Assembly (NCBI GenBank): GCA_963733195.1
Contig: CAVTCR010000053.1
Span: forward strand, 38,439 to 102,438
Reading direction: 5' to 3'
Source: an uncultured delta proteobacterium
GTDB taxonomy: Bacteria; Desulfobacterota; Binatia; Bin18
Length of the DNA: 64,000 nt
Under the pieces are notes generated by a model that was given only the letters and a program-made list of their open reading frames with translations, was not told where the DNA came from and did no database searches. Shown piece by piece: positions 31,745 through 42,735 of the stretch (its first letter is position 1; each line of letters begins with the position of its first letter). The translations under genes and the position numbers were made by a program.

Positions 31745-34700
31745 CTAGACCCTAGACGCTAGACTGTCGAGCAGCGCCTTCGCCTCTTGCAAGTCCTTCG
31801 TATCAAACCCTTCGGTGAACCAGTTGTAGATCTCAGACAACATGTTATGTGCTGCGTGTTGCTTGCCTTGTTGTTGCCACAGACGCGCCAAGCTCATCAC
31901 TGCTCGTAATTCCAGCGATTTTGCTTGCTGCTTTCGTGCAATCTCGATGGCTTTGAGAAAACACGCTTCGGCTTCGCTGGGGGTCGGGTCAGGGATCGGG
32001 ACGGTAGATTGTTGCTCTTTGACTTTTGCCTTTTGACTTTCTTGGACTTCGGACTTTGGACTTGACCTGACTGACAGCGTCAGCTCCCTTGAGCCGATAC
32101 AGCTCCGCCTCGTAGAAACACTCCCCAGTTTTGTTCTACTAAAGCCAGTGCTTCGGCCAGTAGTGCATAAGCCCTTCCTCTACCTGTCCCACTTTCCCAT
32201 ACGCCTCGGCCAGCATGGCAAGAGAAATATGGCCGTCCAATTCTGCCCCTATAGCCCGGCAGGCAGCTAGGCCCTGGAGCATCTGCGCAATACCTTCTTC
32301 TCCTTGTCCTTGCTCGGCCAGCGCCCAGCCCCGCAGGATAGCATCCCCAGCGCCAGCCAGTACGGAAACCCCTGCTCGGTTGACAGGTCATCACCGCCTC
32401 TGCCCGCTCTTGGGCAGCTGCCCCTCTCGGCGGAACTGATGGAGCAAGGCAGCACAGACTAAGGCATAAGCCAAGCTATAAGGATGAGAAGCCCTGGGCC
32501 AAGGTGAGGCCTCGCGGACTCTTCGTGAGGGCTTGGTCCGGATAGCCAAGATGCCACAAGACAAGGCCGTATAGGCATAGGCATTGCTCTCCCTGATCAC
32601 GCCCCATAGAGAGAGGCGAAGGCGTGATGCTGCTGGGGGTCATAGACGGCAATCCCTTGCTCCAAATGCTCTCGGGCTAGAACCAAACTCTCCCAGATAA
32701 TACAAGGTCTCTCCCAGCCATTTTGGGCCGCCACGAGAAGGGCTGGGTCTTGCACACTCTGGGCGAGCCGCAGCAGTTGTTCGCTCAGCTCCCGCGCTGT
32801 CTGGAACTCTGCCCGCGTACATAGATGAAACGCCGCCAGTCCCAACAGCACCGGGAAGAGCTGAGGGGTTTCCCCCACCTGTTGGCACAGCTCTCGCGCC
32901 CGGGTGTAGGTGTTTCCACTTCTGGAGCCGCATAGCCCTTGGTGGCCATCAGCGAGGACCCAGGGTGATTTGTAATGTGAGTTCTTGCTGGGCGCGTTCG
33001 GCGGGTGTCTGGCAGAGCCTTGAGCAACTCCAGTCCCTTGGTGAGGTGGCAATCGCTTCTAAATAAGCCGAACGCTGGGTTGCTCTTTGTCCCGCCTTCT
33101 GCCAATAGGGAATGGCTTGCTCTATCCGGCCTGCCTCAGTGTAGTGATGGGCGACCAGCTCAGGCTGGGTCTCTGTAGTCTCAGGAAACCGCTCCTCCAA
33201 CACTTGAGCAATCTGCCTGATGGTAGCTGCTGGCGCTTGCTCTTCAGTAACGACTGATAGGCCGTATCCTGCACGAGTGCATGTTTGAACAGATAGCGCG
33301 CCTGCGGCGGCACGCCACTCTGAAACACCAGCTCTGCCTCGACTAACTGCCGCAGCCCCCTCTGCAAGGTGTCCTCTTCAAGCGGGGAGACGGCGTGGAG
33401 TAACTCGTAGTTAAATTCACGTCCCAACACCGCTCCCAGTTGTGCCATCTCTTTGGCGCTCCCTAACCGATCCAGCCGGGCCATGAGTGCATCTTGTAGC
33501 GTTGAGGGAATCCCTAACTGGAACGAGGGCGTAGCATGCTGCGCCCCTACAGATTCCACGACCGATTTAGTCAACTCTTCCACGAACAGCGGGACTCCAT
33601 CCGTCTTACTCACTATCTGTTGGATAATCTCAACTGGCAGTGCTTTGCCACCGGTGACCTTCTCTACCATCGTTTCTACCTGGCTCCGCCCCAGCCGACT
33701 GAGGGTGAGCTGACTGAGATAGGAATGGGCGCCCCACGGCGGCGTAAACTCGGGCCGATAGGTTAGCACGGCGAGCAGCCGTGTCGTGGGCACTTGATTC
33801 AGAAAGAGCGTGAGCAGTTCCAGCGTGGACGGGTCCGCCCAGTGCAAATCTTCCCAGGCGTAGGTCAGTGCTTGCTGCTGAGCTTGCTCGCACAGCCACG
33901 CTACCACTGCGTCGTGGGTTTTCTCTTTTTGCTTCTGCGGACTCAATGTCAGCGGAGGATAGCCCTCAGGATGGGGCAGGGAGAGTAGAGCCGCGAACAG
34001 CGGCAGGGTATCGCTTGCGGGAAGCGCGCACGATAAAGGGTCTGTTGGAGTTTCTCATGCTTGCTCTCCAACGAATCGTCTGGACCAAAGTGCAAGAGGC
34101 GTTGCACGTGTTCAATGACCGGATAGAGCGCACTGTTTTGATGATATGGCGAACAGCGTAATTCCACACAGGCTGCCCCATCGCGCTCAACCGTCTCCTT
34201 GAGCGCCTCCACCAACCGCGATTTGCCAATGCCCGGCTCCCCACTGAGCAGTACGGCCTGCCCCGTCCCCTCTTTCACCCGCGCCCAGCGCTCGCGCAAC
34301 AGCCCGTACTCGTGTTCGCGTCCCACCAGCGGGGTGAGCCCTCGGCGCATGACTACCTCAAAGCGGCTCTGCGCTTCTTCCTCCTTGAGTACGCGATAGA
34401 GCGTCAGCGGGGTCGCTACGCCTTTGAGTTCGGGTTGCCCGCGGTCCTCACACGCAAACAAGCCTTCGACCAAGCGATAGGTGGCTGCACTGATCATTAC
34501 TTCATCGGGTGCAGCTTGCCCCTGGATACGGGCCGCAAGGTTGGGCGTCTCGCCCAGCGCCAGGATCTCACGTTTCTCACTGCTGCCGATCTCGCCAATG
34601 ACGACTAATCCGGTGTGAATGCCGATGCGGACGTGTAATTCCCTCCCAGCTTCCATACGCCAAGCCCGGGGTGCTGCGGCCTCCTTCTGTAAGGCGGCTT

Positions 34701-35337
34701 TTGGTTCCTCCTTAGCAAGGAGGGACAGGGAGGATTTCGCCAGCGTATTCTTCCAGGGAGAGGGGACCTTCTTTTGATTGCGTAACAATTTCCAATCCTG
34801 CCCGCACAGCCCGTGCTGCATCGTCCTCATGCGCCATTGGATAGCCAAAGTACACCAACAGTCCATCGCCCAGGTGCTGGGCAATATGCCCGTCGTACCG
34901 CCGGATCACCCCGGTAGAAGTTTCTTGATAGGCGCGTACGACTTCGCGCAGCTCTTCGGGATCGAGTTGCGCCGAGAGCGCAGTTGAGCCCACCAGATCA
35001 CAGAACATTACGGTCAACTGCCGCCGTTCGGCTGGGGACTGGGGGCTAGGGACTGGGTGCTGGGGACTGGCAACTGGCAACTGAGAACTAACAACTGTTG
35101 GATGCTGGGGGAACTTTGAACTTTGAACTCGGAACTTTGAACTGGCGAAGCCCCGACCCACACCAACACTTTCCCCTCTTCATCGACCGCCAAGCGCTTG
35201 GCATCAATGAGATCTGCCTTGAGATCTTCCAGGTCGTCGTCATTCAGGGCGAACCGTCGCTTCAGGATGCGGTAGGCCACTCGCCCTTCACGCTGCAGCA
35301 ACTCCTGCACCTGCGTCAGAATCTCCTCGAAGGTCAT
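31745..35337 (-). CDS. Class III adenylate/guanylate cyclase + AAA ATPase + TPR protein, multiple frameshifts
   Basis: [79 protein letters not shown]. Confidence 0.85.
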
Positions 35338-35647
35338 CGGCAGTTCCTTCCTTCATTATTCAGCTTGCCCACTAGTGCTGTCGTGGCAAAGGCGTCCGCA
35401 GAGGAAGAGGAACAACCAGGTTGTGCGACGGTCTTGGCGCGAACAGTACTTCCCTTCTCTCTATTCTTTGTCTTCTGCCTTTGTCAATCAAACTGTTGTA
35501 GCCGTCGGGGTTAGCTTGACCTTCTTGAACCGCTGGGTTTAGCCTTGCATTGCACCTTCTCTTTCGAGAAGGCAAGATGCGTCTACGAAGGAAAGATGAA
35601 GGCATCAATGTAAAGCGAGGAATCCGCATACCCATGGAGATCGTCTC

Positions 35648-38600
35648 ATGATCGTCCTTCATGTCGGAGCTTCCCAAGGGCAACTCTTTCTCTGGGGCGA
35701 GGTCCCTGGTGATGAGCAAGCGCCAGCCGTTCGGAAAAGGAAGAAGCAGCAGGATATAGGCGCTCTGCCGTATAACGCTGGAGCGGAAAAGATCCTGATC
35801 GCTCTTTCTGAGGCGGGAATTACTTTCACCACAGACAAGCGAGGGAGTGAGGCTCTGGTTGTGTGGCTGCCGACAGTAGACAAATCGCCTGTTGCCTCCA
35901 GCCCGCTCGTCGCCGAACCACCACCGTCTCTCACGAACACTGTCTTAGCACCCTGGACCATAACGGCCCTGCCGCTGACGATGCAGCAGGCTGTTGATCT
36001 GCTCTGCGCGTGTATAGGAAAGCCAATGCTCGCACCGGGAGTGATTCTCGGGAGTGACGTGGCGTTTTGGACTACGGTCGTGCGCTTCGCTGGTGCGTTG
36101 GTGACACAGCAACAGTTCCTTCCTCAGTTGACAGAAGAACAGGGTACGTATCGTGCCTGCTGGAAGCCTGTCTTTGTCGGACCTATTAACGAGGTGTTCG
36201 TGAAGCTTGCTCAGGGAATGCCCCAGGTCTGTCGAGCTCTGACTCGTGAAGCTCTTTCACCATCAGCAGCTCCTGCGTCTGAGGTGCTCTCTGGGGTGAT
36301 TGCTGAGATGGTCGATCTTCTCGTTCGTTCATCGACTGCTGGAGTAGACCTCGGTCTCAAGGCTCGTCCCGCGGGTGGCCGGCAAACGTCGAGAAAAATG
36401 CCTGCCTTCGTTAGTGTACATGACCAATGGTTATATCACTTACGCTCGACTGACGGCACGATGAAAACAGACCCGGAGGCGTTGGCGCAACTCACCGGGC
36501 AAATCCGTGAGTGGCAACGCCAGATCGCTGTCTCCACTGCGACGCCGTTCCGCCTGTGCTTTCGTTTAGAAGAGCCCAACGCTGATGAAGAGAGTGTCTA
36601 TAGTGGTCGGTCCAGTCGTGATGCGTGGTATGTTCGCTATTTACTGCAAGCTGCCGATGATCCCAGTCTGCTTATCGAGGCGAAGGACGCGTGGAATCAG
36701 AAAGGCAATAAGGCGGCATTACTGAAACGGAACGGGTTCAACGTTCGTGAGTATCTGTTGTCGTCACTCGGTCAAGTGACCGGGATTTGCCCACCAGTTG
36801 AGGCCAGTCTGAAAACGACTGCCCCAGGTGGCTATGAACTCGACGCCACAGGTGCCTATCAGTTCCTGACTGAATATGCGCAGGTCCTCGAACTGGCAGG
36901 ATTTGGTGTGCTCTTGCCAGCGTGGTGGACGCGAAAAGGGACGAAGCTGCGCCTCACTGCGCGTGCTGAAGTCAAGAGTCCGAAGCTACGCGGTAACAGC
37001 GGGCTCTCGCTCGATACGATTGCCCAGTTTCAATGGCAAGTCGCTCTCGGTGACGAACAACTAACCCTGGAAGAACTTCAAGCGCTGGCAAAGCTTAAGC
37101 AACCGTTGGTACAAGTGCGTGGCCAGTGGGTACAGATGAATGCTGAGGAAATCCAGGCGGCGCTTGATTTCTGGAAGAAAAAGGCGACCAACCAGGCGAC
37201 CGTACGTGATGTTGTACGGATGGCGTTAGGGGCAGGGCAGACACCGGGCGGGATTGGATTCGAGGGCGTAAGCGCGGATGGCTGGATCGCTGATTTCCTC
37301 GCACAACTGGACGGGCGGACAACTTTCGAGGAACTCTCGACACCACAAGGATTCCAAGGAATATTACGTCCGTACCAACTGCGTGGCTACTCCTGGCTTG
37401 GCTTTCTTCGTCGCTGGGGGTTAGGTGCGTGTCTGGCGGATGACATGGGGTTAGGGAAAACGGTGCAAACGCTAGGCCTGATTCAGCGCGATTGGGAGTC
37501 GAACGGTAAACGTCCAGTGTTGCTCATCTGTCCGACCTCTGTCGTTGGTAACTGGCGCAAAGAGGCTGCTCGCTTTACGCCGGATCTGCCTGTCATGGTT
37601 CATCATGGTCTCACGCGTACCAAGAGTGCGGCATTCACCAAAGAAGCGCAGCAACAGGCCATGGTGCTCTCCAGTTACGCACTGCTCCATCGAGACTTCG
37701 AGATCTTCAAACAGGTGCCGTGGGCTGGTGTCGTTCTAGACGAAGCCCAGAATATCAAGAACCCAGAAACCAAGCAGGCACAGGCGGCGCGGGCGATACC
37801 GACTGACTATCGCATTGCCTTGACTGGTACGCCAGTGGAAAACAATGTTGGTGACCTGTGGTCGATTATGGAGTTTCTCAACTCCGGCTTTCTAGGAACA
37901 CAGGGTGAGTTCAAACGTTCCTTCTTCATTCCCATTCAGGCGAATCGCGATCCGCAAGCGATGGAGCAACTCAAACGGCTAACCGGGCCGTTCATCCTAC
38001 GACGGCTCAAGACCGACAAGAGCATTATTGCCGATCTGCCCGAGAAGCTGGAGATGAAAGTCTTCTGCACGCTGACTAAAGAGCAGGCGTCGCTCTACGC
38101 CGCTGTGGTAGAAGAGGCGGTTCCGGAACTCTCGCAAGCAGAAGGCATTCAACGCCGAGGGATCATTCTGGGAACATTGTCAAAACTCAAACAGGTGTGT
38201 AATCATCCGAGGCAATTCTTGGGCGACAACTCCGCGCTTCCCGGACGCTCAGGAAAACTCGCGCGTCTGACCGAAATGCTCGAGGAGATTATCACCGTCG
38301 GTGATCGCGCGCTGATCTTCTCGCAATTTGCCGAGATGGGCGAACTGCTGCGACACCATTTGCAAGAGACATTCGGTCGAGAGGTCCTGTTCCTGCATGG
38401 TGGGACGCCAAAAGTGCAGCGGGACCGGATGGTCGAGCGCTTCCAAGCCGAGGGCGATGGTCCACCGGTCTTTATCCTGTCACTGAAAGCTGGCGGTACG
38501 GGCTTGAACCTGACCCGTGCGAATCATGTTTTTCATTTCGACCGCTGGTGGAATCCGGCGGTGGAAAATCAGGCGACCGACCGCGCCTTTCGTATTGGCC

Positions 38601-38791
38601 AGACAAAGAATGTTCAGGTCCACAAGTTCCTTTGCGTTGGGACACTCGAAGAGAAAATCGACGAGATGATTGAACGGAAGAAAGAAGTTGCTGAGCAGGT
38701 GGTCGGAGCAGGGGAGGGATGGCTGACCGAACTATCAACCGCGGAACTGAAAGAGCTTTTTACCCTGAGGAAAGAAGCAGTGGGGGAATAA
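35648..38791 (+). CDS. SNF2-family helicase/ATPase (DUF3670-type N-region, SNF2_N, helicase C)
   Basis: LRPYQ, LADDMGLGKT, DEAQNIKN, TGTPVEN, LRRLK, RWWNPAVENQATDRAFRIGQ. Confidence 0.95.
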   Translation: MIVLHVGASQGQLFLWGEVPGDEQAPAVRKRKKQQDIGALPYNAGAEKILIALSEAGITFTTDKRGSEALVVWLPTVDKSPVASSPLVAEPPPSLTNTVLAPWTITALPLTMQQAVDLLCACIGKPMLAPGVILGSDVAFWTTVVRFAGALVTQQQFLPQLTEEQGTYRACWKPVFVGPINEVFVKLAQGMPQVCRALTREALSPSAAPASEVLSGVIAEMVDLLVRSSTAGVDLGLKARPAGGRQTSRKMPAFVSVHDQWLYHLRSTDGTMKTDPEALAQLTGQIREWQRQIAVSTATPFRLCFRLEEPNADEESVYSGRSSRDAWYVRYLLQAADDPSLLIEAKDAWNQKGNKAALLKRNGFNVREYLLSSLGQVTGICPPVEASLKTTAPGGYELDATGAYQFLTEYAQVLELAGFGVLLPAWWTRKGTKLRLTARAEVKSPKLRGNSGLSLDTIAQFQWQVALGDEQLTLEELQALAKLKQPLVQVRGQWVQMNAEEIQAALDFWKKKATNQATVRDVVRMALGAGQTPGGIGFEGVSADGWIADFLAQLDGRTTFEELSTPQGFQGILRPYQLRGYSWLGFLRRWGLGACLADDMGLGKTVQTLGLIQRDWESNGKRPVLLICPTSVVGNWRKEAARFTPDLPVMVHHGLTRTKSAAFTKEAQQQAMVLSSYALLHRDFEIFKQVPWAGVVLDEAQNIKNPETKQAQAARAIPTDYRIALTGTPVENNVGDLWSIMEFLNSGFLGTQGEFKRSFFIPIQANRDPQAMEQLKRLTGPFILRRLKTDKSIIADLPEKLEMKVFCTLTKEQASLYAAVVEEAVPELSQAEGIQRRGIILGTLSKLKQVCNHPRQFLGDNSALPGRSGKLARLTEMLEEIITVGDRALIFSQFAEMGELLRHHLQETFGREVLFLHGGTPKVQRDRMVERFQAEGDGPPVFILSLKAGGTGLNLTRANHVFHFDRWWNPAVENQATDRAFRIGQTKNVQVHKFLCVGTLEEKIDEMIERKKEVAEQVVGAGEGWLTELSTAELKELFTLRKEAVGE

Positions 38792-38905
38792 GAACGAAAA
38801 ACGTAGGGCGTAAAACGGAATCTGATGACGAAGAGTTTACGCATCACGCATCACGTTTCACGTTTTCGTCTGTAGTATTTCATCGAGCGAACAGGAGCGC
38901 TAACC

Positions 38906-39817
38906 ATGTCTCGTCGTTGGGGATTTCGCGATTACGATTATTTTCCACCTCCTTCACGACCACGAGAGGTCAAAGGCGGGATCAAAGCGCAATCGAAACG
39001 TGGCACCTTTGGTGAGAGCTGGTGGGCCAAACGCTGGATTACCGTCCTGGAAAGCTTCGACATCGGTGCGCGCTTGGGTCGGGGCCGATCTTACGCTCGT
39101 CGTGGGCAGGTCATATCGATTAATATCGATAAAGGTGCCGTCAAAGCGAAAGTACAGGGGTCGCGACCAACTCCATATAGTGTCACGATTAAACTGAAAG
39201 TGTTGGCCAAAGGTGATTGGCGGAACCTCGCGACTGCCCTGTCTCAACAGATGATTTTCACTGCCAAGCTCCTCGCCGGGGAAATGCCCCAGGACATTGA
39301 GCAGGCGTTCAAGGACGCCGGGCTCTCTCTCTTCCCGGCCAAATTGCAAGATCTAGAGACCGAGTGCTCCTGCCCAGACTGGTCAAATCCCTGCAAGCAC
39401 ATCGCGGCGGTATACTATCTGTTAGGTGAAGAGTTCGACCGCAATCCGTTTCTGCTTTTCACACTACGCGGCATGGAGCGTGAGGAGCTTGTCGCTCTTC
39501 TCGATAGTGACACAGCAAAACAGAAACGTGAGACGAAGAAGTCGCAACCCGCGGTCGATAATCTACCGTCAGCAGTTTCCTCACCACCCGAGCCACTCGT
39601 GACAGACGCAGTGGAATTCTGGGGCAACAATCACGTGTCAGACGATGTGTTTGGCGAAGTGCAAATCCCACCGACTGCGGCGGCGTTGGTTAAACGCCTC
39701 GGGAATTTTCCCTTCTGGCGCGGCGAGGAAAAGTTCCTCAGTGCCATCGAGCCGATGTACACCAACGCATCGCCACGCGGCCTGGCAGTGTTTTTGGGGG
39801 AGCGAGACACGAAGTAG
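38906..39817 (+). CDS. SWIM zinc-finger protein
   Basis: WW..RW, RLGRGRSYAR, VQGSR..PY, CSCPDWSNPCKH, NPFLLFTLRG. Confidence 0.92.
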   Translation: MSRRWGFRDYDYFPPPSRPREVKGGIKAQSKRGTFGESWWAKRWITVLESFDIGARLGRGRSYARRGQVISINIDKGAVKAKVQGSRPTPYSVTIKLKVLAKGDWRNLATALSQQMIFTAKLLAGEMPQDIEQAFKDAGLSLFPAKLQDLETECSCPDWSNPCKHIAAVYYLLGEEFDRNPFLLFTLRGMEREELVALLDSDTAKQKRETKKSQPAVDNLPSAVSSPPEPLVTDAVEFWGNNHVSDDVFGEVQIPPTAAALVKRLGNFPFWRGEEKFLSAIEPMYTNASPRGLAVFLGERDTK

Positions 39818-39829
39818 GGAACATTTTAT

Positions 39830-39863
39830 TCGGACGGGGGTTCAATTCCCCCGCCTCCACTTT
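39830..39863 (+). repeat. Duplicated tmRNA 3' end (att-like site)
   Basis: Copy of 30633-30667 differing by one C in the homopolymer. Confidence 0.85.
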
Positions 39864-39971
39864 CCTTTCCATGCTCCTCTCCTACAGTTTTTAGAGTAAG
39901 CCGGTCCCAAAATCCTTCTCATTGCAGTTTCTTGTTCAAGCAGGCAAGATTCTCTGGTAAGGAGCATCCAT

Positions 39972-40226
39972 ATGGGTTGGCAAGAACGGATTGTCATGAA
40001 TCCTGAGATCCTAGTCGGAAAACCTGTGGTGAAGGGAACTCGTCTAGCAGTTGAATTCATTGTTGATTTATTAGCACAAGGATGGTCAGAGGCTGAGATT
40101 TTGCGCAACTATCCTGGCCTTACTCATGAAGATATTCTTGCGTGCTTGGGCTACGCGAGTGCGGTTTTGCGGGCAGAGAAAGTCTATCCGCTGAGGCTCC
40201 CTGAGGATGCGCATTCTAGCCAATGA
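39972..40226 (+). CDS. DUF433 antitoxin-like protein
   Basis: RIVMNPEILVGKPVVKGTRL...EILRNYPGLTHEDILACL.YA. Confidence 0.9.
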   Translation: MGWQERIVMNPEILVGKPVVKGTRLAVEFIVDLLAQGWSEAEILRNYPGLTHEDILACLGYASAVLRAEKVYPLRLPEDAHSSQ

Positions 40227-40643
40227 AAACTTTCCTGGTGATGCGGTAGAGGCTCTCAGGCAGCGGGGACATGATGTTGTCTGGGTGAGAATCGACGCGC
40301 CAGGCAGTGATGATCGAACAGTCCTCCAAAGAGCGCAGCAAGAAGAACGTATTCTCGCCACATTTGACAAAGACTTTGGTGAGCTTGCCTTTCGATTTGG
40401 TCTTCCTGCGGCAAGTGGAATCATCTTCTTTCGTATCAGGGCATCTTCGTCTAAGAGGTGGCGCGAATTGTTGTAACGGCAATCGAAAGCCGAACGGACT
40501 GGGCTGGACATTTTGCCGTGGTGGAAGAAGGTCGGATTCGGATGGTTCTCTCGGAGAAACCAAGACTGAATGACCTGGTGGCTGTGGTTCTGTGCAGGGA
40601 AATGCCAAAAATTGCTCAGATAAGAAAACGCCTTTTGGGATGA
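40207..40643 (+). CDS. DUF5615 PIN-like toxin (frameshift near 40455)
   Basis: MRILANENFP, GHDV, ILATFDKDFGEL, VVEEGRIR. Confidence 0.85.
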
Positions 40644-40649
40644 AGTGTT

Positions 40650-41730
40650 TGATTATTCGATCAGCGCTTTCTTCTTTCGCTAGTTCACTCGTTTTCTTCT
40701 AGCTTTCTCCTTTGAGATATTCAGGAAGGCGAGTTGTATGGTCTATGATTGCGTCTTGAATCTGATTCCGAGAGATGTGTCATTGCTACCTTCAAGGTTT
40801 GCCGCTGTTAGATCGGTTGCCTGTACGAGTTGGGCTGTCGTCAAATCCGCTTCTATTAACCGTGCACTTCGGAGGAGTCGCCTTTCTCAGGTCGAGCTTG
40901 CGTTAGATCAGCTTCCATTAAATCTTCCTCTGTAAGGTCAGTTTCACTGAGATTTGCCCCCCAGAGAGAAGCTTCACTGAGATTTGCTTCGGAGACAAGC
41001 GTGCACCTTTTAAAGTAGATGTGCAGTGAAATCTGCTTATCGACAAGTTAGCCTTGAGCGAAGTCATTGTATGCCGGCTCAAAATCTTTACTAGAACGAT
41101 GTCCCTTTTTGCCTCTTGAAGTAACCTGTTTCTGAATATTCCTCGTCATTTCGTACTCTAAGCCCTGTCTTGCCGTCTACCTCTATCTCGGGGCGACTCT
41201 CTGGTTATGGTCTTTGGGAAAATCACTAATTTACGAGGAGGATCATCACGATGAATGACAGCGAATATCATGAATTTCGAACTTCCCGAAAGCTGTGGTT
41301 TTTGGTCGAGTAAGTTCACCGTTGCCTTTGCGGAGATCGCCCTGACGCGTAAGTCAGCTGCGCCTTGAAGGTAAGCTATGTTGTACAGGCTGCGCGAGAG
41401 TAAATTCGCTGCAGAGAGATCAGCATTTCGAAGGTCAACATTGTGCAGAGATTGGTCGCACCGAGGTAAGCTCTCACAAGCGATGCTTCTGCTAAGATCG
41501 GCTTTTCGAGTAAGATGAAGTCCCAGCTAAGAAGGCGTTCCTTGAGGTTGGCATTGATTCGGAGATCTTGCCGTTGAGTAAATTTGCTTTGATCTGAAGC
41601 CGAATTGTCATCGAGAGGGCTGAGCTTCGTGAAAGATCAGCGTCAGCGCGAAATGCGGTAACGCCTTCGTAAAGTCAAAGCAAGATGGCTTCATGCATTG
41701 CGAACGCATTTGGGTTTCTCTTGTGGTGCC
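40650..41730 (-). pseudogene. Pentapeptide-repeat protein, heavily disrupted (decay or poor sequence quality)
   Basis: Scattered minus-strand fragments ANLKE, ADLS, NVDLRNADLSAANL, AYLQG, GANLSETDL, ADLTTAQL, DLTAANLEG. Confidence 0.5.
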
Positions 41731-41734
41731 TTCA

Positions 41735-42649
41735 TTACTCAAACCAGGCATCGTTAGCGTGGCAAAGATAGAGAAAATTCTCTGAAAGTTGAATAGCTTG
41801 GAGTTCCTCAAGGACTTTCAAAATCCTCCCCAACACCGGCATCAGATATTTCTTGAACTGCACAGGATTCTCACACATCGGGAAGTGGCCGATTTCTTCC
41901 ATGATGATGCACTCGGAGTTCTTCACTCGTTTTGCCGTACTCTCAGTTTTCTCTGGCGTGCAGGCCCAGTCGTAGACGCCAGTCATGAAGTAGAGCGGGA
42001 CGGTACCAGGAATCTGTTCGCATTTGTCACGAAAATCATGATCAACGCTGTAAAACCACAAATCGCCCTTGAATACTCCAGGTGCACTTTGTGAGTAATA
42101 CCACCACGTCTCGCGGCGATACTCCTCTGGACTCTGTGGAGCCATGAGGCCGTAGCAGAGCTGTGCTGAAACTTCGCCTCCATGTACGTGCGGATGATTC
42201 AACCAGTCGTTCCAACCGCCAGGTGACCAGTCACAACACTGGACGGCGATGAGCGCGCGAAGTTGCTCGGGATAGTGGAGGGCAAAGTGCAGGCAAATGT
42301 TCCCGCCCATCGAGCTGCCCATAATCACGGGCTTCTCTAGGCCCAACTCGTTACAGAAGGCGAGAGTGAAGTCGGTGTAGAACTTCGCTGTCAGTTTGTA
42401 TTCTTCTTTCCACCATTCAGATGGAGGGATGGATTTCCCGTGTCTTGGCAAATCGAACGCAACCACGCGAAAATTCCTGTTAATGTCGGGGTCACACAAC
42501 TGATGTCGCCATTCGCGCGAGTCGGTACCTGCCGTATGCAGGCAAACAAGCGGAATCCCTTGTCCCGTTTCTTCGTAGAAGACGCGATACTCAACGCCTG
42601 CAAACGGAACAGTTACGTAACGACTGACGATTGGCTCAATGCGTGCCAT
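41735..42649 (-). CDS. Alpha/beta hydrolase
   Basis: LHTAG, FDLPRHGKS, MGSSMGG nucleophile elbow, GHFPM.ENP. Confidence 0.88.
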   Translation of the reverse strand: MARIEPIVSRYVTVPFAGVEYRVFYEETGQGIPLVCLHTAGTDSREWRHQLCDPDINRNFRVVAFDLPRHGKSIPPSEWWKEEYKLTAKFYTDFTLAFCNELGLEKPVIMGSSMGGNICLHFALHYPEQLRALIAVQCCDWSPGGWNDWLNHPHVHGGEVSAQLCYGLMAPQSPEEYRRETWWYYSQSAPGVFKGDLWFYSVDHDFRDKCEQIPGTVPLYFMTGVYDWACTPEKTESTAKRVKNSECIIMEEIGHFPMCENPVQFKKYLMPVLGRILKVLEELQAIQLSENFLYLCHANDAWFE

Positions 42650-42735
42650 GGGTTTCCCTCACCATTATTTCTGTGAACAGTTTTTTTCCTATCTGTTTTG
42701 TTTTAATAACGATAGGGAGACGAATGGAGGCACCC

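Larger units (their letters stand above)
30633..39863. mobile_element. Putative genomic island integrated at the ssrA 3' end (no integrase)
   Basis: ~34-bp direct repeat TCGGACGGGGGTTCAATTCCCCC(C)GCCTCCACTTT at 30633-30667 and 39830-39863. Confidence 0.65.

Noticed and set aside
39830-39863. Separate tRNA gene
   Set aside because: Only the T-arm and 3' acceptor strand are present, matching the tmRNA end. There is no 5' half.
39950-39965. Similarity AGGCAAGA..TTCTCYGGTAAGG between the upstream regions of DUF433 and the cyclase at 61783
   Set aside because: Short, gapped and overlapping the RBS, so it could be chance.
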